This document shows positions 41,045-51,791 of a stretch of 64,000 nucleotides of DNA, in pieces. The stretch covers positions 224,001 through 288,000 of the forward strand of contig CAVZSQ010000019.1 of assembly GCA_963777955.1 (NCBI GenBank), read 5' to 3'. Source of the stretch: Calditrichia bacterium (GTDB lineage: Bacteria > Calditrichota > Calditrichia > JAJRVZ01). A program made the position numbers and the translations under genes. Position 1 is the stretch's first letter. Every line of letters begins with the position of its first letter. Under the pieces are notes generated by a model. The model had not been told where the DNA came from. It was given only the letters and a program-made list of their open reading frames with translations, and made no database searches.

Positions 41045-42253
41045 TCATTCCTGTCCCGTAAAATAATCTTCAAAATGTTTTTGCAATCCGGTAAAATAAG
41101 CAGCATCATTGTTTGTTTGATTGATGATGCCCTGAACGAATTCTGCAGAACCGCCCCCCTTTAACGATAATGCCTGGCCATGCTTGCTGAGGAACCCCAG
41201 TACGTTTTGGTTATGTGCAGCAGGAGAGCGCATGGTGAAGTTCAGTTGTTGAGGGGGTTCGCCGCTGGCGATAAAACAGGGTTTATTATTCTTTTCCAGC
41301 CAGAAACCGCTCAATTTACCTGCCTGTTCACTCGTCGTCAGATCTGCGATCTTAAAGAAACCGCAGGAACTGCCGGTATGCAGTTCACCGGCATAGGCCC
41401 GCAACCATTTTTCGGTAACAGTTTTCAATTGCCTGTTCAACTCCCGCTGTTCATCCAGCAGCGTTTGTACCCGCGGAGACAGGTCATCGATTTCCATACT
41501 GAGCAGGGTGCACAACCGTTGGGCCTGATCATTCAGTTTGGCATAATATTCATAAGCCGGCCGTCCTATTTTGCTCTGCACACGGATGTGCTTGCGAATT
41601 TTTTCAATACCGATGATTTTAATTAAACCGATCTCGCCGGTATGCTGAACATGGAGTCCCCCGCAACCGGTACAATCATGCTCCCCGATCTGGATAACCC
41701 GGATGGGATCATCATCCACCTTGATATCGCGCCGTAGATTGTACTGAGTCAGGTCTTCCCGGTAGATCCACATTTGCTTCACCGCTATATTTTGTGCGAC
41801 AATCCCGTTGGCATGTTCTTCAGCTGACCGCAATTTTTCGGGAGTAATGCCGGGGGTATTCAACTCGATCAATGTATTTTCACTGCCCAGGTGTACCGAA
41901 ACGGTTTCCAGTTTAAAAAGCCGGCTGAAACTTGCTGAAAGCACATGCTGGCCGGAGTGCTGACGCATATTATCATAGCGATAATTCCAGTCCAGTTTCA
42001 TCTCCACGGCCGGCGGTAATTTTTCCATCAGCAGGTGCCAAACGGTTTCTCCATCTTTTTGTACATCCCGCACTTCATAACCATTGATCCAGCCGCGATC
42101 TGCAGACTGGCCCCCGCCCTGCGGATAAAAAATGGTCTGTTGAAAGGCGAACCAGTTGCCGCGTTCATCCTGTTTCTGATCGATAACATTCGTTTGTAAC
42201 TGTAGTAAGTAAGGTTCTGAAAAATACAGCAATTTTTTCCGGTACTCCTGCAT
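41045..42253 (-). CDS. Alanyl-tRNA editing protein (AlaX-L type with DHHA1 domain)
   Basis: FYPQGGGQ..D.G, MRQHSGQH, CGGLHV..TGEIG and KGGG..QG. Confidence 0.88.
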   Translation of the reverse strand: MQEYRKKLLYFSEPYLLQLQTNVIDQKQDERGNWFAFQQTIFYPQGGGQSADRGWINGYEVRDVQKDGETVWHLLMEKLPPAVEMKLDWNYRYDNMRQHSGQHVLSASFSRLFKLETVSVHLGSENTLIELNTPGITPEKLRSAEEHANGIVAQNIAVKQMWIYREDLTQYNLRRDIKVDDDPIRVIQIGEHDCTGCGGLHVQHTGEIGLIKIIGIEKIRKHIRVQSKIGRPAYEYYAKLNDQAQRLCTLLSMEIDDLSPRVQTLLDEQRELNRQLKTVTEKWLRAYAGELHTGSSCGFFKIADLTTSEQAGKLSGFWLEKNNKPCFIASGEPPQQLNFTMRSPAAHNQNVLGFLSKHGQALSLKGGGSAEFVQGIINQTNNDAAYFTGLQKHFEDYFTGQE

Positions 42254-42281
42254 CGGTAAAATTTGCTCCGGCGTAATAACG

Positions 42282-43698
42282 TCAGTCAAGTTTGAAATAC
42301 CTGCGGTAGTTAATTTTAAATCCCTGCGGATGATACTCTCCCGTTTCCCTGGATACCTCGTATCTGCCTTTATATTTATTGGCCGCAATCAATTGCAGGA
42401 GATCGATCATTCGGTCTACCTCGGATTTTGTATTATACATCCCGAAACTGATCCGTACCGCGCCCGGGATGGTACGGCGATCATGATGCAGGATATTTTC
42501 TTCCAGGACCTGGGATTGTTCGATGGTTACCCCCAGCAGGCATTTCACATAAGGGTGGGCACAGAAGCAGCCTGTACGTACGCCAATTCCCCCTTCATAA
42601 TTGAGAATAGCCCCTACCAGTGCATGGGATTTATCCTGCAGGTTAAACGATATTACCCCCAAACGTTTTTGTACACTTTTTTCATCCACCGAACCATAAA
42701 TCGTAATTCCCGGGATCTGTTTTAATTTTTTCAGTGTATAGGCGGTAAGTTCGGCTTCATGCCTGGCAATTTTTTTCAGACCAATCTTCTGTACAACCCG
42801 TAAGGCCTTAGCCAGGGCGATCGCACCGGCGACGTTGGGTGTGCCAGCTTCTTCTTTCTCCGGCGCATCGGTCCAATAAGCATAATCGTCGGAGACCAGG
42901 GCCACGGTGCCCCCGCCCACCATATCCGGATCCCCTTCCTTGAAGGTATCGCGGTCGGTAATCAGCACCCCGAGTCCAAACGGGGCATAGATTTTATGAG
43001 CGGAAAATGCCAGAAAATCAATATGCCGGGGATGGCCAACCGGTTTAATATCGATCGCGCGATGCGGCACCAGTTGGGCGGCATCAATCATAATTTTGGC
43101 ACCATAGCGATGTCCCGTTTCCGCAATTGCTTCCAGATCGTTAATATAGCCGGTTACATTGGAGGCAGCGGTCATGGCCACCATACCTACCCGACCTTTG
43201 TTTTCTTCCAGTTTGGCGATAAAATCATGCCAGTCCAGACGACCCAGACTGTCTACATTGACATGAATTACCGGCCGCCGGAATCTCCAGGGCAGGTCAT
43301 TGGAGTGGTGCTCCATTTTGGAGACAAGAATAACCGAATGTTCGGGCAGGGGCACGCGGTGAGCCAGTTTATTGATCGCCTCTGTACCGTTTTTACCGAA
43401 GATGACCAGATGATCCCGGGTGTTGATCCGGAAAAATTCAGCTCACAATTTCCCTGGCCATTTCAAAATAATGCGTGCTTAGTAATGATTTGAATCCGGT
43501 ACCGCGATGTATATTAGAATACCATTCCATAAATTCGTTTAAAGTATCCAGCACCGGTTGCAGGGTAGGCGTACTGGCGGCATTATCCAGGTATACATAG
43601 GGCACATGTTTTCCGTTCAATAAAGGGACTTTCTTATTGATACCCACAACCTGCCGGCGAATATTCGTTAAATTCAGATTCTGTCGGGTGGTTTTCAC
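42282..43698 (-). CDS. Class V PLP aminotransferase / cysteine desulfurase-like, frameshift near 43443
   Basis: YLDNAAST, EHHSNDLPW, ASNVTG, DAAQ, SAHK, EAGTP and RTGCFCAHPY. Confidence 0.88.
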
Positions 43699-43715
43699 GG
43701 GAACACTTCTTGTCT

Positions 43716-44283
43716 TTATCTAAACATTTTAGCGCGTATTACAAAAATCAGAGCCAGCGCGACTATTACTATAAAGGTACTTCTTTCGCTTCTGAGGGCA
43801 CCCGCAAAATCGGGTCGTACATTACTTCGCTGCGGGTAAGGGGACAACCTGGGTAAAAAACGAGGCACCGCTTCCCGGTAGTGAGCAAATTTTTCGCCAA
43901 ATAGTTCTCTTAATTTTTTTTCTTCTACTTTAATGATCAGTATATATTGCAGTGAAAAAAAGAAAATTGCCAGATACAGTAAGTAAGGCAAACATCCACC
44001 GAAGGCAATCACCACCCCGCAGTACATAAAGATATTCCCCAAATATAGCGGGTTACGCAAATGAGCATAAGGACCGTTGCTGACCAGTTCCGGTGCCCCG
44101 ACTTTTCTGGTCCGCGTTGCCGGGCCCGCATAACTTACACCCCATAAACGCAAGAGTTCACCCCACAGGATAAGCAGCAATCCAAGATTGATTAATCCCA
44201 GGCTCAGGTTGCTGATATATCACTGCGATCACAAAAAATGGTATGGGGGTGTAACCCCGGATTTTAAATAATATTTCACCCAT
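43716..44283 (-). CDS. ICMT/PEMT-family membrane methyltransferase, frameshift near 44200
   Basis: Reconstructed N-terminus MGEILFKIRGYTPIPF from ATG 44283; GPYA..RNPLY.GN, EE..L...FG and VPRF.PR. Confidence 0.85.
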
Positions 44284-45316
44284 TTTTCAAAACCGACCTT
44301 TCTTTCACTACCCGGGTATGTTCATCAATTTTTGCCAAAACCTGGTTGGCCAGATGCAAGGCAGCCAATCCGTCTTCCCCGCTTACTACTGTTGCGGTAC
44401 CGGAGATAATGCTCTCCAGGAATCGGGTCAATTCATACTTTAATGGATTTATACCGCTCTTCTGTAAACGGTTATATTTTATTTCTTTCATGTCAGCGCC
44501 GCTGCCTATCTGTCCCAGGTTGAATGCCAGTGTTCCATCATTGAAAGTTTTTTGCCCACCCTGGGCACCCCCCTGCGGAATAAAATAGATCTCCGAGAAT
44601 CCGTCGACAAAATCCAGGGAAATATAGCTATTGGGTTGGAAGATACGCATTTTTCGCATTTTTTTTGCTGAAATCCTGCTGGCGGTAATATTAGCCACAC
44701 AACCGTTTTCGAATTGCAGCCGGGCATTGGCAATATCAATTGTATCCGAAATAACGTTCACACCACTGGCCGCAATATTAACCGGTTTGCTTTTAACCAG
44801 CGCCAGGATCAGATCCAGATCGTGGATCATCAGATCCAGAATCACGGCCACATCAGTACCACGCAGATTGAATGGTGCCAGGCGATGGGATTCAATAAAT
44901 AAAGGATTAATATCCACATCGGCCAGGGCCAGCACCGCAGGATTAAACCGTTCAATATGTCCTACCTGCAAGAGCTTCCCCTTTTCCCGGGATAAAGTAA
45001 TTAATTGTTCGGCTTCACTTTCTGCTGCACAGATCGGTTTTTCGATGAACAGGTGACAATTATGCTGTAAGGCCTGCATAGCCGTTTCAAAATGTGCGGA
45101 AGTAGGCGTGACGATGCTTACAGCATCCACCTGTTCCAGTAACTTTTCTCTCTCCTTAAATACTGCCAGATTTAATTCGGCACCTACCCGCTCCGCGATC
45201 GACTGATCCAGATCATGTACACCCACCACTTCGGCCAGATCGATTTCTTTTAACAGGGCAGCATGTAATTTTCCCAGATGACCGACACCCAGTATGCCAA
45301 CTTTAATTTTATTCAT
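44276..45316 (-). CDS. Gfo/Idh/MocA oxidoreductase (GnnA-like)
   Basis: G.GHLG..H, EKP, VGHIERFNPA, DLMIHDLD and TASRIS. Confidence 0.88.
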   Translation of the reverse strand: MNKIKVGILGVGHLGKLHAALLKEIDLAEVVGVHDLDQSIAERVGAELNLAVFKEREKLLEQVDAVSIVTPTSAHFETAMQALQHNCHLFIEKPICAAESEAEQLITLSREKGKLLQVGHIERFNPAVLALADVDINPLFIESHRLAPFNLRGTDVAVILDLMIHDLDLILALVKSKPVNIAASGVNVISDTIDIANARLQFENGCVANITASRISAKKMRKMRIFQPNSYISLDFVDGFSEIYFIPQGGAQGGQKTFNDGTLAFNLGQIGSGADMKEIKYNRLQKSGINPLKYELTRFLESIISGTATVVSGEDGLAALHLANQVLAKIDEHTRVVKERSVLKNG

Positions 45317-46601
45317 GTTTACTTTCCTCAAAATCTTCTATTGCGGATAATTTATAATTTTCATCTTTGTCTTCATCTACGAAAGTAACTTTTTTCTTTA
45401 ACGAACGGTAATACCAGATTTCATATGGTTTACCACTGGTTGAATACCGGTTAGTTTCCACACTGTCCGGTATACCCTGAGACAGCAGCGCATATCCCCG
45501 GTCGGTTTGCCACCCCTCAACAAAGCGCAAACCATATCTGGAATTTGCCATATCCACCCGGCGATAAAATTCATACTGGATTTCATTCAGAGGAGTTCCC
45601 GGTGTCGGATCCTTCCCTCGCCAGTAATCGTCAAACCACTTTTTTTTGTCTTGTGCAGACAGATCTTCCATCCTGTCCCACTCAGCTGCAGGCATGATCG
45701 CTTCAAGCGGGCGCAGGGCCAGACCGAATTCATACAGATAGACCGGTTTTTCATACCAGATCACCAGAAATTCTTTTTGCACCAGAATTGAATTTTTACC
45801 TGATTCGATTTTGTAACGCAGCAAATGCCGGCCTTCTTTCAGCACGTTTTTATCTATCCATTCTCTGAATACTGCCAGGCCCGGTTTGGGAGAAATATGA
45901 TAGGTTTGATTTTTAATAATTATCTCCTGCGGACCCGGTTGTTCTACAAGTTGCGAGACGATTAAAAGGGAATCCGGCTCCTTCCGGCCAATATAAAAAT
46001 TCGCCAAAAACGGCTGGTCAAATTCGATAATGGGTATTTGCCCGGCGATAGGGATCTCTGCACTCAAACTATCACGCGTTGAAAGCAATTTAATCTCTGA
46101 AACGGTAATTGGATTTTTTTGAAGACTGGGAATGGTTAATTTGCTTTTTAAGATCGAAATCCTGCGCGTTGCCTGATCGGTGAGCTCCAGAAAAAAGATA
46201 TAAATCCCCTCCGGCAGCGGCAGATTGAATACCTTATCATCGTTATGAAAAATCCGGGAGGAGTTAGTTCTTTCGAAGTGTGATTCCGTTATGGATTCTT
46301 TCCAACTGGTTGAAAAAACCGGAGCGGCGGCTTCATTTTCCCTGATTAAAACAGAGATATCATAACTGGCCTGATAATCATCGTCCACTCTGGTAAACTG
46401 CAACATATCATATTGAATCTTTAAACAGATACACAGTATCGGCTGCCCAGCGGTCTCTGAAAATTTCAGATAGGGATCACAATACAGTCTGGGTTTAACA
46501 TCAATGTCAAATCCATAACGGGTATTCCGACGGCCGGTGTCCTGACCCGGTAAAGACTGGCTGATCAGGAACAAAATCATAAAACATATCACGCGCCGCA
46601 T
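45309..46601 (-). CDS. GWxTD-domain protein
   Basis: W..KDPTP.T..NE...E.Y.RV..AN, GWQTDRG and EIWYY; signal peptide. Confidence 0.88.
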   Translation of the reverse strand: MRRVICFMILFLISQSLPGQDTGRRNTRYGFDIDVKPRLYCDPYLKFSETAGQPILCICLKIQYDMLQFTRVDDDYQASYDISVLIRENEAAAPVFSTSWKESITESHFERTNSSRIFHNDDKVFNLPLPEGIYIFFLELTDQATRRISILKSKLTIPSLQKNPITVSEIKLLSTRDSLSAEIPIAGQIPIIEFDQPFLANFYIGRKEPDSLLIVSQLVEQPGPQEIIIKNQTYHISPKPGLAVFREWIDKNVLKEGRHLLRYKIESGKNSILVQKEFLVIWYEKPVYLYEFGLALRPLEAIMPAAEWDRMEDLSAQDKKKWFDDYWRGKDPTPGTPLNEIQYEFYRRVDMANSRYGLRFVEGWQTDRGYALLSQGIPDSVETNRYSTSGKPYEIWYYRSLKKKVTFVDEDKDENYKLSAIEDFEESKHE

Positions 46602-46758
46602 ATTTACTCCCTTTTAAAAAATTTAACCAGAATACTTTATCAATGCAAGGATTGAAACCATGCCTGAGAGCAGATAATTTGAACAGCTACACAGTGGAAT
46701 TATAATCGTCGCAATAAACCGGGAAAATTGTCGTAATTAAATAGGCAGTTTTTCCGGA

Positions 46759-47520
46759 TTACCCTGAACTCCGGCAGAATTGATCTTTTAAGGTCTGATA
46801 GGTCGGATCATCTATATAATGGTAAAGAAATAATTTTTCGACAATCCAGCAGCAGCGCCAATATAACCAGCGACTGGTTCCATCGGCGCGAATGCTCAAG
46901 GGCCTGGGGATGACTGCCGTCAGGCGGATCATCTGCTCCAGACTCAATTCGGAAACCGGCACGGCAAAGTAATGCTGCGCCGCAGCTTCCACACCAAAAA
47001 TACCAGGGCCAAATTCGATCACGTTCAGATACAAATGATAGATTCTGGTTTTCGATAATTTCTTTTCCAGCCGGCGGGCAATCAGGTACTCTTTGATCTT
47101 CCGGAATACCGATTTTTCAGTAGAAAGATAAAGGTTTTTGGCCAATTGCTGTGTAATGGTACTGCCACCACGGGAATATTCGCCAGTCTGCCAGTTTTTT
47201 TTCAAAGATTCCTTCAATTCTTCAAAGTCAACCCCTTCGTGTTCAAAGAAACTGGCATCTTCACTGATACGGATGATCTTTTTTAACATATCCGGCACGG
47301 CAGAGTAGGCGACCCACTTTTGCTTGATTACAAATTTAATCCCATTTTCATTTGCTTCGCGGCGTCTTTGCTCTATCAGCGCTGTGGTTTGCGGATTCAC
47401 TTTTTCCAAGTCGGCGGGGTCCGGTAAGGTTACCAACAGCCACAACAGATAAATCACCAGCAGGCCAACGACAGCCAGCAAACCGCCTGATAACCATTTT
47501 TTTATAAATATTTTTCTCAT
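46759..47520 (-). CDS. mtgA: Monofunctional peptidoglycan transglycosylase
   Basis: SEDA.F..H.GVD, RGGSTITQQLAKNLYL, RK.KE and YLNVIEFG.GIFGVEAAA. Confidence 0.92.
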   Translation of the reverse strand: MRKIFIKKWLSGGLLAVVGLLVIYLLWLLVTLPDPADLEKVNPQTTALIEQRRREANENGIKFVIKQKWVAYSAVPDMLKKIIRISEDASFFEHEGVDFEELKESLKKNWQTGEYSRGGSTITQQLAKNLYLSTEKSVFRKIKEYLIARRLEKKLSKTRIYHLYLNVIEFGPGIFGVEAAAQHYFAVPVSELSLEQMIRLTAVIPRPLSIRADGTSRWLYWRCCWIVEKLFLYHYIDDPTYQTLKDQFCRSSG

Positions 47521-47556
47521 CTGCTGCTCTTAGCTAAATCTGATCGCTGTTGAAAT

Positions 47557-48554
47557 TTATTCCCGGAAAAGGTCGGCTGCGTAAGGAAAAATACTGAAAA
47601 TCCCGCCGGTGTGCACAAATAGAATATTTTTTGATACAAGCGAGCCTTGCTGCAGCAGAGTTTGCATACCTAACACAGCCTTGGCCGTGTAAACCGGGTC
47701 CAGAATGATCCCCTCCTGCCGGGCAAATTCTTTGATTACCCTGATCTCCGCCTGGTCGAGCAGGCCATACCCCCTGCCTACGAATCCATCGATCACAGCA
47801 ATGTCGTTTTCCGAACATGAGCAGCCATAACCATAATGATCTTTAAAATCCCTGATAATCCCCATTATTTTCCGGCGACAGAAATCGGCATTATTGCATA
47901 CATTGATCGACACAATCTGCAACGAGCTGTCAAACAATAATTTTCCAAGCAGCAATCCGGCATGGGTCCCGCCTGACCCGGTACGCTACGATGACCGTAT
48001 CGATCGGCAGGGATTGATCCCGTATCTGCGTTAAAATCTCTGCAAAACACTTAATATAGCCCCAGATCCCGAGGTGATTGGACCCGCCTTCAGGGATACA
48101 GTATCCTTTTTTTCCTTTTACCTGCAAATCCGCCGCCTGTTCCGCCATCAGTGCATCGATCTGTTCATACTCCCGGGCAGTTACCGGAATTATATCCGAT
48201 TGCAGCAGTTTATTGAGCAACATATTGCCAGCGGGAATCCCTGCCCGCCGTCGAAGGTCTTTTGAGAAATAAAACCGGTTTCAGGCCAAGTTTAACAGCC
48301 ATAAAAGCAGCCGTACGACAATGATTTGATTGAACACTGCCGCAGGTTAAAATATGGGTGGCTTCTTGTTGAATTGCATCGTTTAACAGGAACTCTAATT
48401 TCCGCACTTTATTTCCGCTGACTTCCAGACCGGTCAGGTCATCGCGTTTAATCCAGATCGAAATACCGGAATTCTTTGCCCAGCTGGCTTTAAGCGGTGA
48501 AATAGGTGTAGGTAAATTTGATAATATTATAGATTTGGGAAAAGATATATTCAT
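47557..48554 (-). CDS. D-cysteine desulfhydrase/ACC deaminase family PLP enzyme, frameshifts near 48245 and 47985
   Basis: KRDD.TG...SGNKVRKL, QSNH, IPEGGS, reconstructed TGSGGT.AG and LDPVYT.KA. Confidence 0.88.
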
Positions 48555-48582
48555 CTATTTTCTCTGAATACCAATCCACCTT

Positions 48583-48999
48583 TTAATTCAAGCCTTCATC
48601 GATCCAGATTTTGACGCCATTGCTGTTATTGGTATTGAGATAAGGTCCATCCAGAGGCATGCGCGGTTTATCCAGATATGCTGCCAGGAGAATTCTGTAC
48701 AGAGCACTATTTTCACCATCGCCGTTGATTACCAAAGGAATATTACCATTGATATAGTGATTAATTATAGCATAGTAATTTGTAAGGTCCAGGCCACCGG
48801 CCTGATCGCTGGTGGAGTGGCAGCCGCTGCGGCTGGTACATTTAGCTACAAGCAGATCCTGGATATTTTTGGCATATGTCAAATTACTGTCCGGTAAAAC
48901 GAATACCCGGTCTTCCGGATTGGTACCGTTATCCTGGCAGGTACTGATGATCACCAGAAGAGATGCCGATAAAAAAATCAACAAATAATACTTTTTCAC
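48583..48999 (-). CDS. Putative lipoprotein with cytochrome c-like domain
   Basis: Signal peptide ending in Cys; C-X5-CH, distal MP and WI..G, as in Planctomycete-type cytochrome c domains. Confidence 0.6.
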   Translation of the reverse strand: MKKYYLLIFLSASLLVIISTCQDNGTNPEDRVFVLPDSNLTYAKNIQDLLVAKCTSRSGCHSTSDQAGGLDLTNYYAIINHYINGNIPLVINGDGENSALYRILLAAYLDKPRMPLDGPYLNTNNSNGVKIWIDEGLN

Positions 49000-49150
49000 C
49001 GGAATATCCTCTCCTTGAAAATGGCTCAGATCATTTAGCAGATTACTTGTTTATGCTTGATAAATCTGGTCAATTTTATTATTTTAAAATTAAAATTGCA
49101 ATTACAAACCTATAAATTCAAGCCATCCATGGATTTACCTAAGGAGATAC

Positions 49151-50665
49151 ATGGGCGATAAGGATGCAGCACGGATTTTGGTCGTAGAAGATCATGCAGA
49201 AATGCTGCAGGTCTTGAAGAAATTTCTGAGTGAACGCGGATTTGAGATTATTGAAGCAGAATCGGGGGAAATTGCTTTAAATCTGATCAACAAGACAAAA
49301 CCTGATATAATATTGTTGGATGTTATGTTACCTGGTATTTCGGGTATTGAGGTCACCCGGCAGGTCAGGACCAACGGATTCAGTGATAATTATATTCCGA
49401 TCATCATGCTGACCGCCAAGAGCGAAATTAAAGATGTGATCAGCGGTCTGGAGGTGGGTGCTGATGATTACATCATTAAGCCTTTCAGTTTCGATGAATT
49501 GATCGCCCGGGTAAACTCCGCGATCCGCATCAAGCGGCTTAATGATAATCTGCGCCTGAAGACGATTGAACTGGCGAATGCCAACCAGAAAATATACCAG
49601 TTGAATCAGGCTTTAATCGAGAAAAATAAAGAGTTACGGAAAAAAATCTATGACCTGCGCAATATTTTTGATATATCGCTGGAATTGCATTCCATACTGG
49701 ATGTAGATAGATTAATTAATTCGACCCTTTTGTCTTTGATTGGCAAGTTCAGTTGTAAAAGCGCTGTTTTTTTTCTATCGGCTAAAAGACATGAACACCG
49801 CCTGGCCGTGATCAATTCAAAAGGTCTATACAAATCAGAAACCGAAAACATGGTGATCCAGAAAAGCGATCCTTTGTTGACGCACCTGGCCGATCACCCC
49901 AATCCCATGCTGTTAAAGGATCTGCCGGTACCGATCAACAAATCGGCAGGTGTACAGGCCTTACAGAAAATTGGTATTGAACTGATCTCGCCTATCTCTT
50001 CTATTCATGAGGGGCAAAAGGCTTTGATCTGTCTGGGTCCGCGGGTCAATAATAATCCTTACACGGACAATGAGATAGAACTATTAATGACCGTCAACAA
50101 TATCGTTTCCATTGCACTCTCCAACGCTGCTCTGTATGATGAAGTCACGGAATTGTCCTATACCGATGGTATGACCGATCTGCATAATTACCGCTATTTT
50201 GAAATGCGTTTACGTGAAGAAGTATTACGGCATGCCCGTACCAAACAAGACGTATCCTTGATCATCATGGATGTGGATTTCTTTAAAAATTATAATGATA
50301 CTCTGGGCCATCAGGCCGGTGATATTGTGCTGAAGAAATTAGGCCATATCCTGAAAGAGACGGTTCGTGAGAACGATATTGTGGCCCGCTACGGCGGTGA
50401 AGAATTTGCCGTGATACTTCCGGGAGTGAGTAAAGAGGGAGTGATCATACTGGCCGAAAGGTTACGGGCCCGGGTGGAGGAAACAGATTTTCCCAATGAA
50501 GAGGTTCAACCTTCCGGCAGTTTGACCATCAGTGTGGGTACCGCTTCTCTGCCTTATGATGCCCAGGATAGTTCAAATTTAATCTACAAAGCAGATACCG
50601 CGTTGTATACTGCAAAACGCAGCGGTCGCAATCGCGTGGTTCAGTATAGTACCGATCTGAAATAG
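49151..50665 (+). CDS. Response-regulator diguanylate cyclase (REC-coil-GAF-GGDEF)
   Basis: REC (ED, D, T, KP), D.D.FK.YND..GH..GD, RENDxxxRYGGEEF. Confidence 0.93.
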   Translation: MGDKDAARILVVEDHAEMLQVLKKFLSERGFEIIEAESGEIALNLINKTKPDIILLDVMLPGISGIEVTRQVRTNGFSDNYIPIIMLTAKSEIKDVISGLEVGADDYIIKPFSFDELIARVNSAIRIKRLNDNLRLKTIELANANQKIYQLNQALIEKNKELRKKIYDLRNIFDISLELHSILDVDRLINSTLLSLIGKFSCKSAVFFLSAKRHEHRLAVINSKGLYKSETENMVIQKSDPLLTHLADHPNPMLLKDLPVPINKSAGVQALQKIGIELISPISSIHEGQKALICLGPRVNNNPYTDNEIELLMTVNNIVSIALSNAALYDEVTELSYTDGMTDLHNYRYFEMRLREEVLRHARTKQDVSLIIMDVDFFKNYNDTLGHQAGDIVLKKLGHILKETVRENDIVARYGGEEFAVILPGVSKEGVIILAERLRARVEETDFPNEEVQPSGSLTISVGTASLPYDAQDSSNLIYKADTALYTAKRSGRNRVVQYSTDLK

Positions 50666-50669
50666 GTCA

Positions 50670-51791
50670 ATGAAAATAGGAATAACTTGTTATCCAACCT
50701 ACGGGGGCAGTGGAGTAGTGGCTACCGAGCTGGGCAAACGCCTGGCCCTGCTTGGTGAGGAAGTTCATTTTATTTCCTATGCCCTGCCCTATCGTTTAAG
50801 CACCTTTACAGCCAATATATTTTTCCACGAGGTTGACGTTTTACATTATCCGTTATTTCAGTATCCGCCCTATACTCTCTCCCTGGCCTCCAAGATGGTG
50901 GAAGTCGCCGAACGGCATCAACTGGATCTGTTGCATGTGCATTATGCTATTCCCCATGCCACCAGTGCTTATCTGGCCCAGCAGATGCTGGCCAGCCGGA
51001 AGTTAAAATACATCACCACCCTGCATGGCACAGACATTACCCTGATCGGCAGTGATCCTTCCTTTTTTAATATCACCAAATTCAGTATAGAAAACAGCAG
51101 CGGTATTACGGCTGTTTCACAGTATTTGAAAAACGAAACTGAGCATGTCTTTAAATTGAAAAAAAATATTGAAGTAATTTATAACTTTATTCCCATTGAA
51201 ATTTCGGTTTCTGCCGACAGAAAAAAACTGCGAAAAAATTTTGCCGGGGATGATGAATATGTTCTGACCCACATTTCCAATTTTCGTCCTTTAAAGCGCG
51301 TTACCGATCTGGTACCCATTATCAAAAAAGTGTCCCAACATAAAAAAGTAAAATTGCTGATGGTGGGTGACGGACCTGAGCGGTATAAAACCGAAGAACA
51401 GTGCCGCCGGGAAAACATATGTCAGCAGGTTTTCTTTTTAGGAAAACTGGAAAATATCCAGGACATTCTGGCCATTTCTGATCTGGTACTTATTCCCAGC
51501 GCCTCGGAAAGTTTTGGACTGGTAGCCCTGGAGGCTCTGGCTTTTGGTGTTCCCTGTGTATCGACCAATGCCGGCGGATTGCCGGAAGTCAATCGTCACG
51601 GGGAAACCGGTTTCACGGTAAACATCGGTGATCTGGATGCTTTTGCCGAGGCAATTTTAAACATTTTATCCGATCCAGCATTAGCCCGGGCCATGTCGCA
51701 GCGTGGCCGTGAGGTTGCTGTAACTGAATTTTCAGCGGCAAAAATTATTCCACAGTATCTGAAATATTATAAAAAGATTTTAAGTGCCTGA
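50670..51791 (+). CDS. bshA: N-acetyl-alpha-D-glucosaminyl L-malate synthase BshA
   Basis: CYPTYGGSGVVATELG, HVHYAIPHA, TLHGTDIT, HISNFR..KR and ESFGL.ALEA. Confidence 0.95.
   Translation: MKIGITCYPTYGGSGVVATELGKRLALLGEEVHFISYALPYRLSTFTANIFFHEVDVLHYPLFQYPPYTLSLASKMVEVAERHQLDLLHVHYAIPHATSAYLAQQMLASRKLKYITTLHGTDITLIGSDPSFFNITKFSIENSSGITAVSQYLKNETEHVFKLKKNIEVIYNFIPIEISVSADRKKLRKNFAGDDEYVLTHISNFRPLKRVTDLVPIIKKVSQHKKVKLLMVGDGPERYKTEEQCRRENICQQVFFLGKLENIQDILAISDLVLIPSASESFGLVALEALAFGVPCVSTNAGGLPEVNRHGETGFTVNIGDLDAFAEAILNILSDPALARAMSQRGREVAVTEFSAAKIIPQYLKYYKKILSA

Noticed and set aside
31393..43440. Selenocysteine or TGA readthrough at ORFs ending in TGA (e.g. 31393, 43438)
   Set aside because: Homology continues in a different frame, not in frame past the TGA
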